Origin: Paraphysomonas bandaiensis
Lineage: Eukaryota > Protista > Chrysophyceae
Reading direction: 5' to 3'
Length of the DNA stretch: 19,920 nucleotides
NCBI GenBank assembly: GCA_965644295.1
Contig: CBFFRP010000270.1
Location: forward strand, 1-19,920
Part shown: one piece after another, positions 18,531-19,920 of the stretch
How positions within the stretch are numbered: position 1 is the first letter of the stretch
Layout: every line of letters starts with the position of its first letter
Notes under the pieces: model-generated
What the model was told of the DNA's origin: nothing
Databases searched by the model: none
Seen by the model: only the letters and a program-made list of their open reading frames with translations
Program-made: the position numbers and the translations under genes

Positions 18531-19920
18531 TAATTCTCTGCCCTACGATGGCAAATACAGTCCAACATAAAGTTTCACCCTATTAACCAGCTCCAAGCCC
18601 AATGTCTCTATTGAGACCGTGGCTGAGTCACATCAGTGTGCCCAGGGCCTTTTACACTCCCTTACTGCTGCATTTTGTTGACCACCACGCTTCCGACAAA
18701 TTACCTGTCACACCATGTTGTACACGCTCCAAGTCCCCCTGCCTGGCCTTGCAACCTTCACCCTACTCAACTACTTCAGTTAAACAACGTGCCTGCACCA
18801 ATGCAGCGCTGACCGCATGCATATGCTATCACCTAAGGAGACACCTTCGTCTCCTACACGGTTCTCTACGGATACAACCACTTACAGCATGGCTCGTGCG
18901 AGCAGATCCACGCAAACGGCCCCCATGTACCTTCTCTGCAACCCCTGTCTCCTCTCGACACCTCTCCACTGCACAACAGGGCCGTCTCCTGACGACAACC
19001 CAGCCCAACCCAACATGGTTTGTCTGTGGTCTATCCACCCAGCAGGCTACCCCCTCACCCTGTTCACCTATCACCCCCACAGCCCATCCATCTCATTGGA
19101 TAGACACTGTATTCCGCATACGGTATACTCGACTACTGTACTACTGTGTCCTACAGGATGTATACCATTCCGTGTATACCTCTACTGCTGTTGGACACAT
19201 CACCATGTCCATGTACCTGTCTACCTGTACTGCTGGACACATCACCAGCTCTCTCTCTCTGTCCAACACACTCATAACACCACTGCAGTGTCATACACAC
19301 ACACAGTACACTCTACCTCCTCCTAGAAAACCCCCAGACAAACCATCTCCCCTCCCTTCGTCTCTGATACCTTGCCGTCATCTTCCTTACACACACTCTC
19401 TATGCCTCAGTCTGTACCCCCCTGCACCAACACAGACACTAACAAGAGCAGCTGAGGACGTCCGAGTGTCTCCTCCAGACCATCATCATCATCACGATCA
19501 TCTCGTGCATAGGTCTATCAGAGTACTCGACCTCAGTGACTCTTGTTCTGTTGCGCAGTCTCACTCCCCTCAATCAGATGTTGCCTCTCTTGCACCATCA
19601 CACTCCCTCTCGACTCCCTGTAGCTGGACACACCGGATGACCCTCACATCCCACCCCTGTACAGCTATACACCCTCTTGCATGTGTTCTCTACCGCTGGC
19701 TAAGACAGCAAAAGAGCCGATTTCGACGCTTCTTCACAGTAGGCCATAACCTTTTGCAAGACCTTCATCCACATACCTCCGAGCCACTTGGAACAATGCC
19801 TAAAGGAAGGCCACCAGATCGCCAATCTCAGAAGGGCATATTACTGTTTCCCCTAACTGCCATAAGGCTAATAAGTCAGTCCCCGTGAGGTACATAAGGC
19901 TATCTATCATATAGCGAGTG
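18531..19920 (+). mobile_element. Second copy of the 1671-bp insertion (truncated by the window end), at the identical site in unit 4
   Basis: Same left junction, ATATTGCATA|TAATTCTCTG (18521-18540), and an identical ORF at 18602-19888. Confidence 0.85.
18602..19888 (+). CDS. Hypothetical 428-aa ORF, second copy
   Basis: Translation identical to 14757-16043. Confidence 0.35.
   Translation: MSLLRPWLSHISVPRAFYTPLLLHFVDHHASDKLPVTPCCTRSKSPCLALQPSPYSTTSVKQRACTNAALTACICYHLRRHLRLLHGSLRIQPLTAWLVRADPRKRPPCTFSATPVSSRHLSTAQQGRLLTTTQPNPTWFVCGLSTQQATPSPCSPITPTAHPSHWIDTVFRIRYTRLLYYCVLQDVYHSVYTSTAVGHITMSMYLSTCTAGHITSSLSLSNTLITPLQCHTHTQYTLPPPRKPPDKPSPLPSSLIPCRHLPYTHSLCLSLYPPAPTQTLTRAAEDVRVSPPDHHHHHDHLVHRSIRVLDLSDSCSVAQSHSPQSDVASLAPSHSLSTPCSWTHRMTLTSHPCTAIHPLACVLYRWLRQQKSRFRRFFTVGHNLLQDLHPHTSEPLGTMPKGRPPDRQSQKGILLFPLTAIRLISQSP

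Larger units (their letters stand above)
8916..19920 (+). repeat. Head-to-tail tandem amplification: U1 8916-11088 (2173 bp), U2 11089-13252 (2164 bp), U3 13253-17097 (3845 bp including insertion), U4 17098 to window end (truncated)
   Basis: Each unit starts CACATATCTTCAGCCTGGGC. Identical ORF translations recur at offsets 2164, 2164 and 3845 (=2164+1681). Confidence 0.97.

Noticed and set aside
8916-19920. CRISPR array, LTR pair or prokaryotic operon interpretation of the repeats
   Set aside because: The repeats are contiguous multi-kb units containing spliced-gene fragments. There is no repeat-spacer pattern, and no PBS/PPT or cas genes.

Overview
This is a eukaryotic window with short GT-AG introns, probably from a flagellated protist. 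A stramenopile-like host is a guess. It has three parts. (1) 1-5454: a full-length Ty1/Copia LTR retrotransposon with identical LTRs, non-canonical TA...CA ends, a gag ATG inside the LTR, and four single-base frameshifts. (2) 5700-6720: TE debris, namely an inverted diverged solo LTR with a TATTA TSD, a 460-bp palindrome and the termini of an unclassified element family. It is followed by a 10-exon PIH1D2-like gene on the minus strand (6926-9099). (3) 8916-end: a recent head-to-tail amplification of at least 4 units of about 2.16 kb. Each unit carries an intronless, signal-peptide-bearing gene resembling the bacterial YbjN family (HGT candidate), its shared divergent promoter and, in units 2-4, a 5' fragment of the PIH1D2-like gene. 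Units 3 and 4 also carry a 1.67-kb TIR-less insertion with a 10-bp TSD. Its 3' motifs recur in the palindrome region and define an apparently unclassified mobile-element family. All family assignments come from motif recognition by eye; no database searches were run.
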